From Chlorokybus atmophyticus (lineage: Eukaryota > Plantae > Mesostigma and Chlorokybus algae): a stretch of DNA of 64,000 bases. Of this stretch, positions 12,740 to 24,473 are shown one piece after another. Every line of letters starts with the position of its first letter. Positions within the stretch are counted from its first letter, which is position 1. Location: assembly GCA_009103225.1 (NCBI GenBank), contig RHPI01002990.1, forward strand, positions 767,819 through 831,818, read 5' to 3'. Position numbers and translations under genes: made by a program. The notes beneath the pieces were generated by a model. That model did not search any database. It was not told the DNA's origin and was given only the letters and a program-made list of their open reading frames with translations.

Positions 12740-13894
12740 TCAGTTATCCTGCACGCTGATGAAAGCTTTGAACTCGCTGAAAGACAGCTTCCCGTCCTTA
12801 TCAACGTCAAACCGTTGCAGAGAGGAGTCAACAATCTGCGATGCACAATATATGTGTTGGGGATGAAGGTCTTGGCACAAGAACTGTGTGACCAACGTTA
12901 TGTGCTGACCACCTCTGCTTACTTGCTGATGTTGTGCTTCGCTAATGCTTGGATCCAACATGTGCCGAAGCGCGGAGGCCAACTCCTCCCTTGAAATGTA
13001 GTTGTCGCCATTGATGTCATAAACGTTGAAAGCAACTGCAAGAAGAGGCTGCGAGTGAGCCATCTATGTCATGTTATGTGCAACACTACATTATGGCTGT
13101 CAATGTGGTACATTGTTGTGTCTTCTCCTCGCTGCCGCTCATCACCATGACATCCGACATCGCGGTTGCAAACTCCACAAAATTTAGCTTGCCGTCCTTA
13201 TTCTTATCAAATGTCTCAAATACTTGTGAAACAAACACGTTGTTTGCTGCACACAGCAGTCAAGTCAAAAGGTAGCCTAGCACAACGCACAAGCTGCAGC
13301 ATTCAAAGCTACACTATGCAAAGCGATTGGATCAGATGAACAACGACTGCCTGAAACTGACAGCTTGTGCAACAGCTTACTGAGCTCTGGCAGCTGCGCA
13401 AACTGGTGACGCATGAGGCCATCAGCGCCTGGATCCAGCAATCTGACATAACGTCGGTAGAGGTAGGCAAGCTGCTTCTTGTCAACTGCCAGACAAGAGT
13501 AGCAGTTATTAATTGGCATGCTTGCTCGGGTTATGCAACGACCTGGTGCATGCTGGTATGTAACAACACATACTTAATGAACACGAAACAACACAGATGA
13601 GTGTGCCTTGTAGATTACAAAAGCACGCTCTCGTACAACCAAACGGCGTTACTTTACAAACAAATGAGCACATCAAATGCATGGGTCGGTTGCTCATCAT
13701 TAGCAAGCAAGTGCCAATGCATCGTAATTGATCCTTGCACGCGTTGCAAGCTTCATAGCCTATACTTGGTCAGACACCAATGCATGCATTCCCTTCCAGC
13801 TGCAGTGCGTGCAGGCAAGAAAAGTTGCCTTACACTGTGTCGCTCCATCCAGTTGTCGAGCCAACGCCGCAGGTAAGCTCGGCCCAGCACCCAT
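12740..13894 (-). CDS. Calcineurin B-like EF-hand calcium sensor with N-myristoylation motif
   Basis: Exons 13894-13834, 13485-13381, 13246-13112, 13035-12923 and 12835-12740, all in phase. Protein: MGAGPS...QLPELTNNVFVSQVFETFDKNKDGKLNFVEF...FAFNVYDINGDNYISREEL...QHQQIVDSSLQRFDVDKDGKLSFSEF. It has three clear EF loops plus a degenerate EF1, and MGxxxS. Confidence 0.92.
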
Positions 13895-15278
13895 GAAGGA
13901 GGCACTCACCTCCTTACCACCAATTAACCTCTCCACACAACCCTACGGCTGGCAACAGTGTGACACACGCAGTCAGCCAGCTTGCCTGCACACCTGCCGC
14001 GTCTGGCTTAAGCGGCCAACACAAGTGCTGGAGCTTCAGCAGACCAGGACACTCCAGCTGCGGGGACAGTGGTTGAGCAGCAACTGCTGCTCGGAACTAA
14101 ATAGAATAGAAAGCTCAGCTGATGGACTGCTTGCTGGCTGGATGGCGCCAAGCAGGTAAGCAACACCAGCAGCAAACGACACTTCAGCCGCAACACACCG
14201 CAATAAGAGAGCTTGCATGCCCCAAATGAAGCGACACACGCAATCTGCAGCTTCACTGCACCTTGTCAAAGCGCAACAGAGCGCAGAACAGCACAAGCGC
14301 AGTGTCACATCCAACAACCAGCTTTTCAAGTGGTTTAAACAAAAGAACAAAGCGCCGAAGCAAGCAGCGTGTCCAGACACGCTGTTGCGTATGTGGCTGC
14401 GTACTGTTGCTGCGTGTGCCGAGACGTGTCTGGAAAACCCTAAGCAAGGCCTAACCCACACTGCGGGGAGATGGTGTTGGCGATGTGGTCGAGGACATTG
14501 GCGGCGGAGGTGGCGACGTGGTTGGCGGAGGTAGTGTGACCTCCCTTGAGAGCGCTCGCTGTTGGTGTTGCTTCTGTCGACAATTCCTGCATGCATTTTG
14601 GGCATACTCGGAAACTTGCAAGGTTGAGAGGGAAATTGGGCCAGGATCAAGTGACTAGGCGTTTAAAAGCGTAGCATTGTACAGGCAGGGGCTTTAGGCG
14701 ACATTTAGTGTAGTTACTAGGCTGTTCTCCTTGACGTTAGGGAGCAGAGCTTTGCCGTCTCAGAACGGAAGTCCCATGGTGGGCTATTTATCTCCGGTGG
14801 TGGACAATTGTGGAGCGCGACATCCCCACTCAGGTAACCTCAGCGCTAGTCCTGTCAGCAGCTGATTTTTTTCAGGTGGTCCCATTGCTGTCAAAGCCCC
14901 TGAGACATGTGCGCAAGCATGGCACTTGCTACATTTTACAAATTGCTCATTATTGGGAGCTCCGCGTCACTGTGGACAGTGCTGACATGAGGAAGTGCAC
15001 TTGGTGTGCGCAGTTGGCCATGCGGCCTTCTATTGTCACAATCGCACTCAGCAGCCACTATCATCGTGAAATGACGGTTGTGCTGCACAACCATCCGCAC
15101 TACTTGCGCTGTGGCTGGACCTGTTGACATTTGATAGGCAACTTTGCAACGATTTATCCAATTCAATCACCGTATGCCAGTACATGGAAGCTTTGTCAAG
15201 CATGACAATCCTTCTCCTTCCCCTCAAAAAGCATGGATGTAGTGTGGTCATGTGCACACAACCACGTTGCGCACGCAG

Positions 15279-18091
15279 GTTTGTTAAGCTGTCTGCAATG
15301 GACTTAAACTTACCGGCAGAGGAGGTATCCACACCCTTTGGCAATGCCAAGGTACATGTGACCAGCTTTCTGTCATTTTGGCAAGACTGGGCTCTGTACT
15401 GACAGTGCTGCTTGGGTCATGGATGCAGGGCGCACTAGAGCAAACTGCTCTCCTCGGCTCAGCACGCAGGCACTCGATAGGTACATGTTGTTCATAGTCA
15501 CCAGCTGCGCGTGACATGTACAAGTATATGTAAAAGTGTATTGCTAAGCCAGCCTTCTCCTGCTGGTAGCACTGATCCAAAAGCAGCCGTCTGTGGCCGT
15601 GTGCATATGGCTCTGCATTGTGCTAAGTTGTGTTGTTAGGTACCACCCTTTCACATGGTTCGCTGCATTTTGGAGGCGAGGACGGATTGTACAGGTGAGA
15701 CGCGCGATGTCTTCAGTGTATCTGTGTTGCATCTGCTTGGGCTGATGCCAAGTTTGGGCGCAGAGGATACGATAGCAATGATTCAGATCGCTACCAGTCC
15801 CTGTTCCTATTTGAGGTGGGAGTTAGCTGTAGACATGTCTACAACATGTCCTTGCAGGTAGTTACATTGTGCCGCTGTTGCACTCACCAACTAACTCACA
15901 CCTTGGGCAGCCCATCTCCACATCATCCTTAGGAGAAAGCCACATAGTCTCGGGCGAGTTGGATTTATTTGAGACTTCAGGCAACAATGCGCTGGGTCAG
16001 TTTCATGGGTTGCACTTTGCAGGCCCTCGTCAAGTGCTTCAAATGTGCAAGTCAGTTTGTTGAGAAATGCTTGGTTGTTGCGCAGATTTCGAGGCAAACA
16101 ACGAATCAAGACACTCCTTCCCCACATTCCATGTTGGCAGTGGCGACGATAGCAGCCATCCAACTACATTGCAAGCTAGCAAACAGTACAGGCAGCAAAG
16201 ACCAGCTGCACCGACACCTCCAGCACTTTGCAGCACCTCCGCATTGGGGTGCAGCTTCCAGTAAGGCCATCGCTGTTTGCAGATGTTGTTGCCAGTGCTG
16301 TGGCCCATCCGTAACAACCGTTTGGCCAGGTTGCCGGCCCTGCACATACAACAAGACCCTGGCACATCACCCTCCCAGTGCCTTGCTGAGAGGACACCAG
16401 TTGATCCCATTGCTATAGCGACACCTGCAGCGCAAACGCCGAGCAACCGCAAAAAGAAGACTGCGGCACAGCCCAGTCATTTACCGGTTCTTGAAAGGCA
16501 GAGCACAGCACAGCTGACAGCTGAACAGGCTCAAACAACAGCGAGCCCCTGTAAACACGCTTTCGACGCTGCAGTTGGTGTTGATGACACAAAGCGCCGA
16601 CGCGAGATGCGTCGCCAGAAAGTAGAGCAGCAGCGCTTTCTGCGAAAGCAACTCTCCGCGGCGTATCTCAACAAGCGCTTTGATGCAATCCAGTCACCCA
16701 CGCGCTGTGCTTCTGAGCAGATTATTAGGCCAGGTCAGGATAAGGCTGCGAGTGGCAGTCAACACCCGCTCGCATCCGCACCAGCTGGACAGGTTGCCAA
16801 TGGCCACCAAGCAGCGTATGAAGCTTTGCCTTCCAAAGCCGTGACAGTTAGCCCGAAAACACAGCGCAATAAGGCCGTGAGCAAGGTTTGGCGCAGTCAC
16901 AAAAACAACTCTTTACCCAAGGTATCCGCTCTTTCACGCAGCCCACAACCAACGCTGGCAGCAACACAAGCGGTAAGCATTTGCCATGCTTGTCAGCAGA
17001 TTCAAGTGGACTTCCAGGCTCATACCAAATCTGTATGCTTTGTGCCGTTTTCAGCAGGGCCACATTGCTTTGCCGTCAAGAACAGGACCGCCAAGCACTC
17101 GCATACGCAAGCAGGTTGGTTCTGGCTTGCATGAGTTCAGTGTGATAGGAGAGCATGCTCAACCCACAAGATGTTGTCACAGGTCCTTCAAAGCCAATTC
17201 GCGCAGCAGATCTGCTCTGCAGATACAGATGATAGCAGGAGAAGGGCAGAGGATGCCATCATTGCAAAGGCATGGCTACAGTTGGCGACAGTGGACATAC
17301 CATCTCATTGTAGCATATTTAAAGCTGCTCAATCATGGCGGAAGTGTGTCGCAAAGCAGGCAGCTGATGCTTGCAAGCAGAAGGTATGTTGTGATTGCTG
17401 GTTGCGTCACTCAGCATGCATTTTATGGCTGACTGAGTGGGTGGTAGGTGCAGCACAATTCTACCGTGGAGAAACCTCGCGTTGTAAGCAGTCGACCACA
17501 TTGTAAATTGCTGTACAGTTTCCCTCCAACCCTTGCACATAATCACCAGACAGACCAGTTCAATTCGCGAACACCTGGTATACGTGTTTGTTTCTATTTG
17601 TTGTACAGAGTTCGCTGTGAACAGCACTGACTGGCGTGTGCTGCATGGCAGACGGCTGTCTCGCACGCAATTGGCTTTCTCTTGCTACAGAGGGGCCCAA
17701 GCAAGGCAGTTCAGCCCATGAGCCTGCCAATGCATATTGCGGGACTTCCAAACACCTGACTGAGCTGAATTTCCGCGGCTTGTTGTGCAATGGTAATTTG
17801 TCTCTCAGCCACCGAACACACATTATCACGCCGCAAGACCGCACCGAGCAACCCCTGGTGCTCAGTTGTTGGGGAGATGAGCTTCGCAGAGAGCCTTTGA
17901 GTAGAGTGGCTGTTGGAGAGTTGGCTTCTTCCCTCGCAGCAGCGAACCACGGCCAAGTCGTTCCATCAGCATGCACAACAGCAGCGTTGGACGCATACAC
18001 ATCAAAGGGCAAGCGCTCGCACAAACGGAAACTGCTCGTTTCTGACACGGCACATGTACCACATACGCATAGCGACATGTTGCATGCTTAG
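15279..18091 (+). CDS. Hypothetical multi-exon protein; true start and end uncertain
   Basis: AG/GT-bounded exon-like blocks 15279-15351, 15640-15694, 15933-15995 and 16086-? chain in phase. A 690-nt open block at 16283-16972 and the block at 17183-17383 also join in phase. No family recognised, and the junction near 16.26 kb and the terminal exons are unresolved. Confidence 0.5.
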
Positions 18092-20676
18092 TGCTTAACG
18101 TCCTCCCAGCGGGTGATCACACTGCGGATAGATGACAGCATTGCTGTCTTTCGCATGGTTTGTTGCAGTCGTGCTGCAAGGCAGTTGTGCTGTATGGCAG
18201 TTGTGCTGTATACCGCAAGTGCTGAAAGAAATGCTACGGTGCGGATATCTGCCATTTGTAATTGCTACTCGAAGACCATGCAGTAATCTCGACTCTGGCT
18301 GCCTGCATGGGTCGGGTCACTAGGGATGAACTACTATGGTAGTGTAGCAGGTCGCGCTGAGCATACCCATGTATAGGGTATGCTCCGTAGTCATTCCAGG
18401 TTGCACACGTGCTCATGTGCGGGCAGTCAGTATCCAAATACAAACTAGCACAACCAACACCAACACACTTGTTACACCTTAGGCCTTCACCACTTATCCT
18501 ACACCACATGTATGTACAAGACTTGAGAGCTGCGCGCAGCAGATTAACATGGCACAATCTGCAGGTAGTTGTGGTGACGCATAGCAAGCGGTAGAGGAGG
18601 CACGCATAGCATCACTCAGTTAGATTTGGGCCAAGACAGAGCTTTGCAATTGACAATTAACACGATACCTAGACTCTAGCTAATGCTAGACCAACCAAAG
18701 ACCTTACACCAGACCCTCAAGTAGGCAGGAGCAGATGGCTAGCAAGTAGCAAGGAGACAATCACAACCTGCAGAAGAAGCACACCCAACCACACTTATGC
18801 CAACGCCCAATCCCAGGCTTAACTCGCTGCTTTGAATCCTTAAGTTGGAAGGTTGAGCCATTGTTGCCTCTGCCAAATGCCTACCCCACTGCCATCGCAT
18901 TGCACAACACATAGCATACAGCATGTACGCATGAACGCATGTATGTGCGGGCGGTCCCATTGCCCCTCATACAATGCTCACCTCACTTCATTACTTGCCT
19001 CATAAGCGTAAAAGTAATTGGGCACAGCAAAGTCCGTGGTGACATCACGCACCTAGCGTGCGTATGTAGTCACGTGCTTCAACACATACATGCTGCAGAA
19101 TTACCGATTGCATGGAGTTGTCGCGAGTAAGCAAGGCCACATTCTTAACACTGTGCAACCACGCTTCATGGTTAGAGTAGTGCACTCTGTCCAACAGGGT
19201 GCACTATAAACGCGTCGGTCAAAATTGCAATAACCCGTGCGCTATGGACTGCAATCGATACGCGCTACGCAATAACATTAAGTGACAACGCGCACCAAAA
19301 CTGGGTTTAATATACGGCATGTCGATTGCTACAGCTTTACCCATATGCAAGAGTGTCGGTATTGATTTAGCATGATCTCATGAAACTGTACATTCACTAC
19401 GATATCTTGCCATTGGAGGTATGGCGAATGCAATCAGTTAACACAAATGTGGTGCAACGAGTTGGTTACTTGTAGATCACAGATATAAGCATTGGTGCGT
19501 GGCATGCACCAATACATGTATAGCCATATGCATATTGCTCGTGTTTAATGTGCCACGTGGCACTTTCTAAGCATGTTTCATTATATTGTGAGACATTCAT
19601 GTGATTGTGTCCGTCGTTGGTTGCGGCAGAGCTCTTCCCTACATTTGCTCGTTATAGACAATATTATTATAGCAACGGTTGTTACCTGGCAGCGATTCCA
19701 ACTATTTGATAGCTGTTCGCCATCGGTGAGGCTTTTTCACCAATGTGAAGGCTCCATGACTTCCACAAAGTCATAGCGAACATTGATTCAAACAATTAAA
19801 ATCGTTGTTTGACATGGGGCGAGGCTGTTTTACTTAGTGGAAGCTCAATGACCTTCCTAAGCTGGTAGCCTTTGGTTTGCTGCAACCTAAAGCACTTAAC
19901 CAAAGTTGCTTCATGCAGCTGTATGTTTCAACACAAAATGCAATTAGGCTAACTTGAATCCTTGCCGCCACGCGGTGCTATGCAATGTTGTTTATAATTA
20001 CCGATGATTAATGTCATCCTAATGTCTTTGTACAAAACGCACAAGGTATATATGCCAACGCATGGCAAGCAATCTATTTGTGCATGCGTTGCACAATATT
20101 TATAAGCCTTGAACTTCAAGCTTAACAAGCGTACAATTTTGATGTGAATGAAAACAATACATGAAAATTCATTTTTAAAGCACGGATACATACTATCAAT
20201 AATATCCACAATCAATTCCTATTGATGTTGTCTTTTGTGTGTATAACAGCAAAAATTTGTTGATTACTTTACAGACATTACACTATGGGTTGTGGTTCAC
20301 AATATATGATGTAATAAACGCATTATAAAATGATATCACAACCCTTGTACGCTTACGTAGCTATTGCGCATGAAGTCATACCATTTCAATCAATGAACAC
20401 ATGATATGACAACTGTTTTGCTTCATATGAAAAGTGTACATGTGTAAACTTCGTACATGTGTAAACCTTACGCTCGGTTTGAACCGAGTTTGCATGACGC
20501 CAACTTATTCAACTATACATGCCATGTATACTATACAGTAACAGTAATTGTAATCATCATGCAAGCATGATACATGCGTTACAAACTATTATAAACAAGT
20601 ACTACAAAACATGGATGCAGTAGATAATGATAAACACGCAATGTCTTTATGTACCATGCATGTTCAACCAATTTGT

Positions 20677-20737
20677 CGGGACGGGGCGGGATGGGGGGCG
20701 CAATTTATGAAATTGCCCCCCCTCCCGCCCCGTCCCG
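20677..20737. repeat. GC-rich near-perfect inverted repeat (about 29-bp arms, 3-nt spacer)
   Basis: cgggacggggcgggatggggggcgcaattt-atg-aaattgccccccctcccgccccgtcccg read directly; the outer 15 bp are exact reverse complements. Confidence 0.9.
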
Positions 20738-22603
20738 TAGTTGCATAAATGCCCCATTGTGACTCTGATTGCGCGATGTGGTACGAAGCATCTAGAGAAT
20801 GCATTGATTAAAATTTTTGTGCATAAAAAAGGAACAAAATGTGAGCATAGCAATTGGGTACACAAAACTGCAATTGTTGACTTCTTGTGAATGGGGGTTT
20901 GGCAAAGAGGTGGTGGCTTTGTGTATGAGACACGAATTAGCATTAAACCCAAAGATTTCCGAGTCTAATGCATCGATGCATGGCTTGTGGCGTCCAAGTC
21001 TGGACTAGCTTTGGATGCACTACGTAGGTACTTAAAGTTGATGGTTTTTATCCACAAACTTGCCCTTGATGATTGTAGCAAATGTCATAGTGTGACATCA
21101 TGCGATGATTGCAATAATGCTATCGTTGATGGATCTTGAAGGTAATTAGCATCAGCTGAAACCTTCAGCGTAAGGCAGATTGTAAAATGGATGTGATCGC
21201 ATATGTGAGGTTGATAGCACAAACTATGACGGGTACGGGCAAAATCACTCCATTTGATCACGGGGAGGAGAGTATGCAGGTATGGTGCGGGAGGGGAGGG
21301 GGGGGGGGNCACCGCACATATCTGAAACACTTCCAACTGCCCCCCTCCCGGTATGGTTTGACATATGCAATTGCCATGCTCGCACCGTAACCTTGTCTTT
21401 TGCAATGAAACATGTAACGGGCCACTTTTTTCTTACCTTTTTGTAATTCACTCGGACGGCAAAGGGTCCGTTTGTTCACTTGGACACTTAGTAGCGACTT
21501 TGTAACGCTGAATGACTTCACTCCGCAAACCCTAACTTCAGACTTGGGCGGATCATATATGTGGCTATACATGTCATGCGGCATCGACTTTTGCTGCCGT
21601 AGCCCTATGAGACCTCGAATTATGTCTACTATGTACACTTATAAAATTGATTATGTTAATGTGACATCATGATGCCATGTCGCGAATAAACGTTCTCGCC
21701 ATCGTATTGCGACATTACCGTAATATGCTGCTGTTATTACAACTGCAAAAGCTTCCAATGTTTACTGTGCCACACACAGCAATTGTTGCAAAATCCAATA
21801 TCAACTTTGTTTCTAATGAAGTAGTCTAGATGTTTCAATATGAATTCCACATATTGCTTATGGTCTGCATTAATTGGCACGTTCGGTCGTTATAATAATT
21901 ATGATCATCACAATGCGACAGTGTCTATTAATGACCGAAGACCCTGACGCAGCAACGGCTATACCACATGACAGCTATGACATTGCAATAACATACCGCC
22001 AGCCAGACACATGGCTCTAGCTCCATAACTTCCTTCACATATGTTGTGGCACACGTTACAACACAGACATGCTGCACACTCAGACACTGCGGTTATGGCG
22101 TGATGGGTGGCAATTAATCACAAGGCTTCACATCATCATTTTAAGATTAAAGCTTTTATTATGTTAAAAGACAATATTGTAGCATGGAGGAAGTAGCCGC
22201 AATGATACCAATGCTGCTTACCATCAATTCAATGCCGGTCCGCCTGCTAGTAGCAGATCTGACAGGTTTGAACCTGACATGCTGCTGCTGCCACGTTAAT
22301 TAACAGTCAAGTACATTGGTCACATATGCACATGTGCGCGCGTATGCATACGCGTAACATGTGCTGCCGCAATAGCTGTAGTCAATCAATTACAACATTT
22401 CATATACACACATGTATATGTATATACGCACGCTTGCGCATACGCACGCTTCTAAACATACACATATGCCAGCACATGACGTCATACAAGTTACGGAGAC
22501 ATGCACTACACTCAGTTGGTACTTGCGTTTATTGACGACAAAGCACACCTTTTCTCAGTTTTAAAGAAGTTCGTACCATAAATCGTCCACACAAGTGCAG
22601 TGC

Positions 22604-22660
22604 GCGCAACTTGTCTTCAACGAGCAAGTTGCGCACTTGCTCGTTGAAGACGAGTTGCGC
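22604..22660. repeat. Long palindrome (26-bp arms, 5-nt loop)
   Basis: gcgcaacttgtcttcaacgagcaagt-tgcgc-acttgctcgttgaagacgagttgcgc; one mismatch, which is a G.T pair on the + strand. Confidence 0.9.
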
Positions 22661-24473
22661 ACCTATCGTCGATGTCTTAGTGCGATCACAGCTCTAGCAT
22701 ACCGCTGACTTGTGTGACACGTGTCATAATCATGTATACTTTACATGCAGTACAGTTGATGTAGTACATTGCGTTGCACGACATTACCACCGCTATTGAT
22801 ACTCTATGTCAAGCTCAAGCGTGAAACTCGCGCAGCGCTGGTTACATTGCATTTGCCATAAAGGTATGCGTCATTCACCATCGTCGCTCGCCAACTGTCG
22901 CGAGTTCTGGAGTGCAAGCAAGCTAGAGGACGCTCAACGTTCAGCACAGTTGCATTGTTGTGCAGCACCGACTCCACGCCAACTGTCATGGCATAGTCAA
23001 CGGACATATACCTGCATGCATGGTCAACAACGTCGACATCCACATAGTTCATTATTGCAAGCACGTGTAAGTGTGCATGCGCACACACATGCACACTTAC
23101 CACACGCATGTACAAAACCTTCAAATATACATCACCACACATGCATATGCAACAACGTGACATGTGCACCAATGACCACCGTGGTCAGTAGGGTGGCACC
23201 CCACTGCATACATAACAGTGCCCTTACCATCTTAGGAGTTGACTACCAATTCTCGACGCGTAATACCGTATTATAGCTGCCTTAAACTTGGCAATCACGT
23301 TCTTGTTGGCTGACGCACAGCTCTGCGTAGGCAAACGCTCAACCATCTTTGTACGTGTACAACATCTATATACTATTGCAATGTGATAATAATGTTTAGC
23401 AGATAAAATGAATGCTTAATGACTGAATTTGTGATGTACCGATACGCAACGATAACATATGCGTGAACAATATACTTTTAAAAAGTGATAGCATTTATGT
23501 TCACAAGACGATATCATGTGTAAACCAAACATGACGCAATGCTATGCAAGATTTATGCATTGATTTTAAGATGCATATAAAGCCACTATAAACACATAAC
23601 AACAATGATCATGTGATTGATTCATAAACTTATGTACTTACAATGTAAATATATACATATATCGTATGATAAAAAATATTTCATGTTTTTTTAAGCACTA
23701 TTGTCAAACAATCGAGCTTCAGGATTAAACCTCTTAATACATGAAACCCTGAACATGTTCATGCCTTCAATTTACCCCTTGTTGATCACACATGGATGCA
23801 ATAGCTACAGACCATGTACCGGTAGCCCTTAAATGTCTTCATTCAAAATTATTGGTTATTAGAGGCTATGGCCCATAGCTTATGGTGCATGATTGCGTCA
23901 CCCATAGCCTATGGGTGATGCAGTCATCATGCAGTGACAGCTGCTGAGCTGTGCCAACCGCGCAGCCAGCTAGAAGGTCGCGACCGGGGACGGAGTGCTG
24001 CCCTGCCTTGGAGAAACCCCTCCAACCCGCAGCGCGCGTCACCGCCACTCGCGACTTTTGGCGTGGGGCCGCGACCACAGGTTAAACATCTTGGTCAAAA
24101 GTCAAGCAGAGATATCCACAACGCCAGATGTATATCGACCAGTTCCAGTGAGGTAAGCAGGAGACTCGGTTACAACCTAACCATCTGATAGTGAGCTTTG
24201 ACCAGCGGCTGGCTCCCTATTTTCGGAAGTCCGTGATTGAGGTTACCAAACGTAAGAAACGTACGCCCCTTGCGTGACGAAAGCTGGAAAACAATTAGAG
24301 AGGAATTAAGTAGACTTTAGGGTTGTTTGCGGTCGGCGGCGGCAGAGGAGTTGGCGGCGGAGGAGGCAGAGGACGAGGACGACGACAAGGAAGAGGAGAG
24401 GGAGGTGGACGCAAGGGGAGATTACGTTGAGTACACTACCTTGTTGAGAGCACCACCAGCAGCAGCAGCAGCC

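Noticed and set aside
14036-14650. Overlapping ORFs of 100-200 aa on both strands upstream of the calcineurin-B-like gene
   Set aside because: No recognisable motifs or phase-consistent exon chain; more consistent with 5' UTR, intron or promoter sequence.
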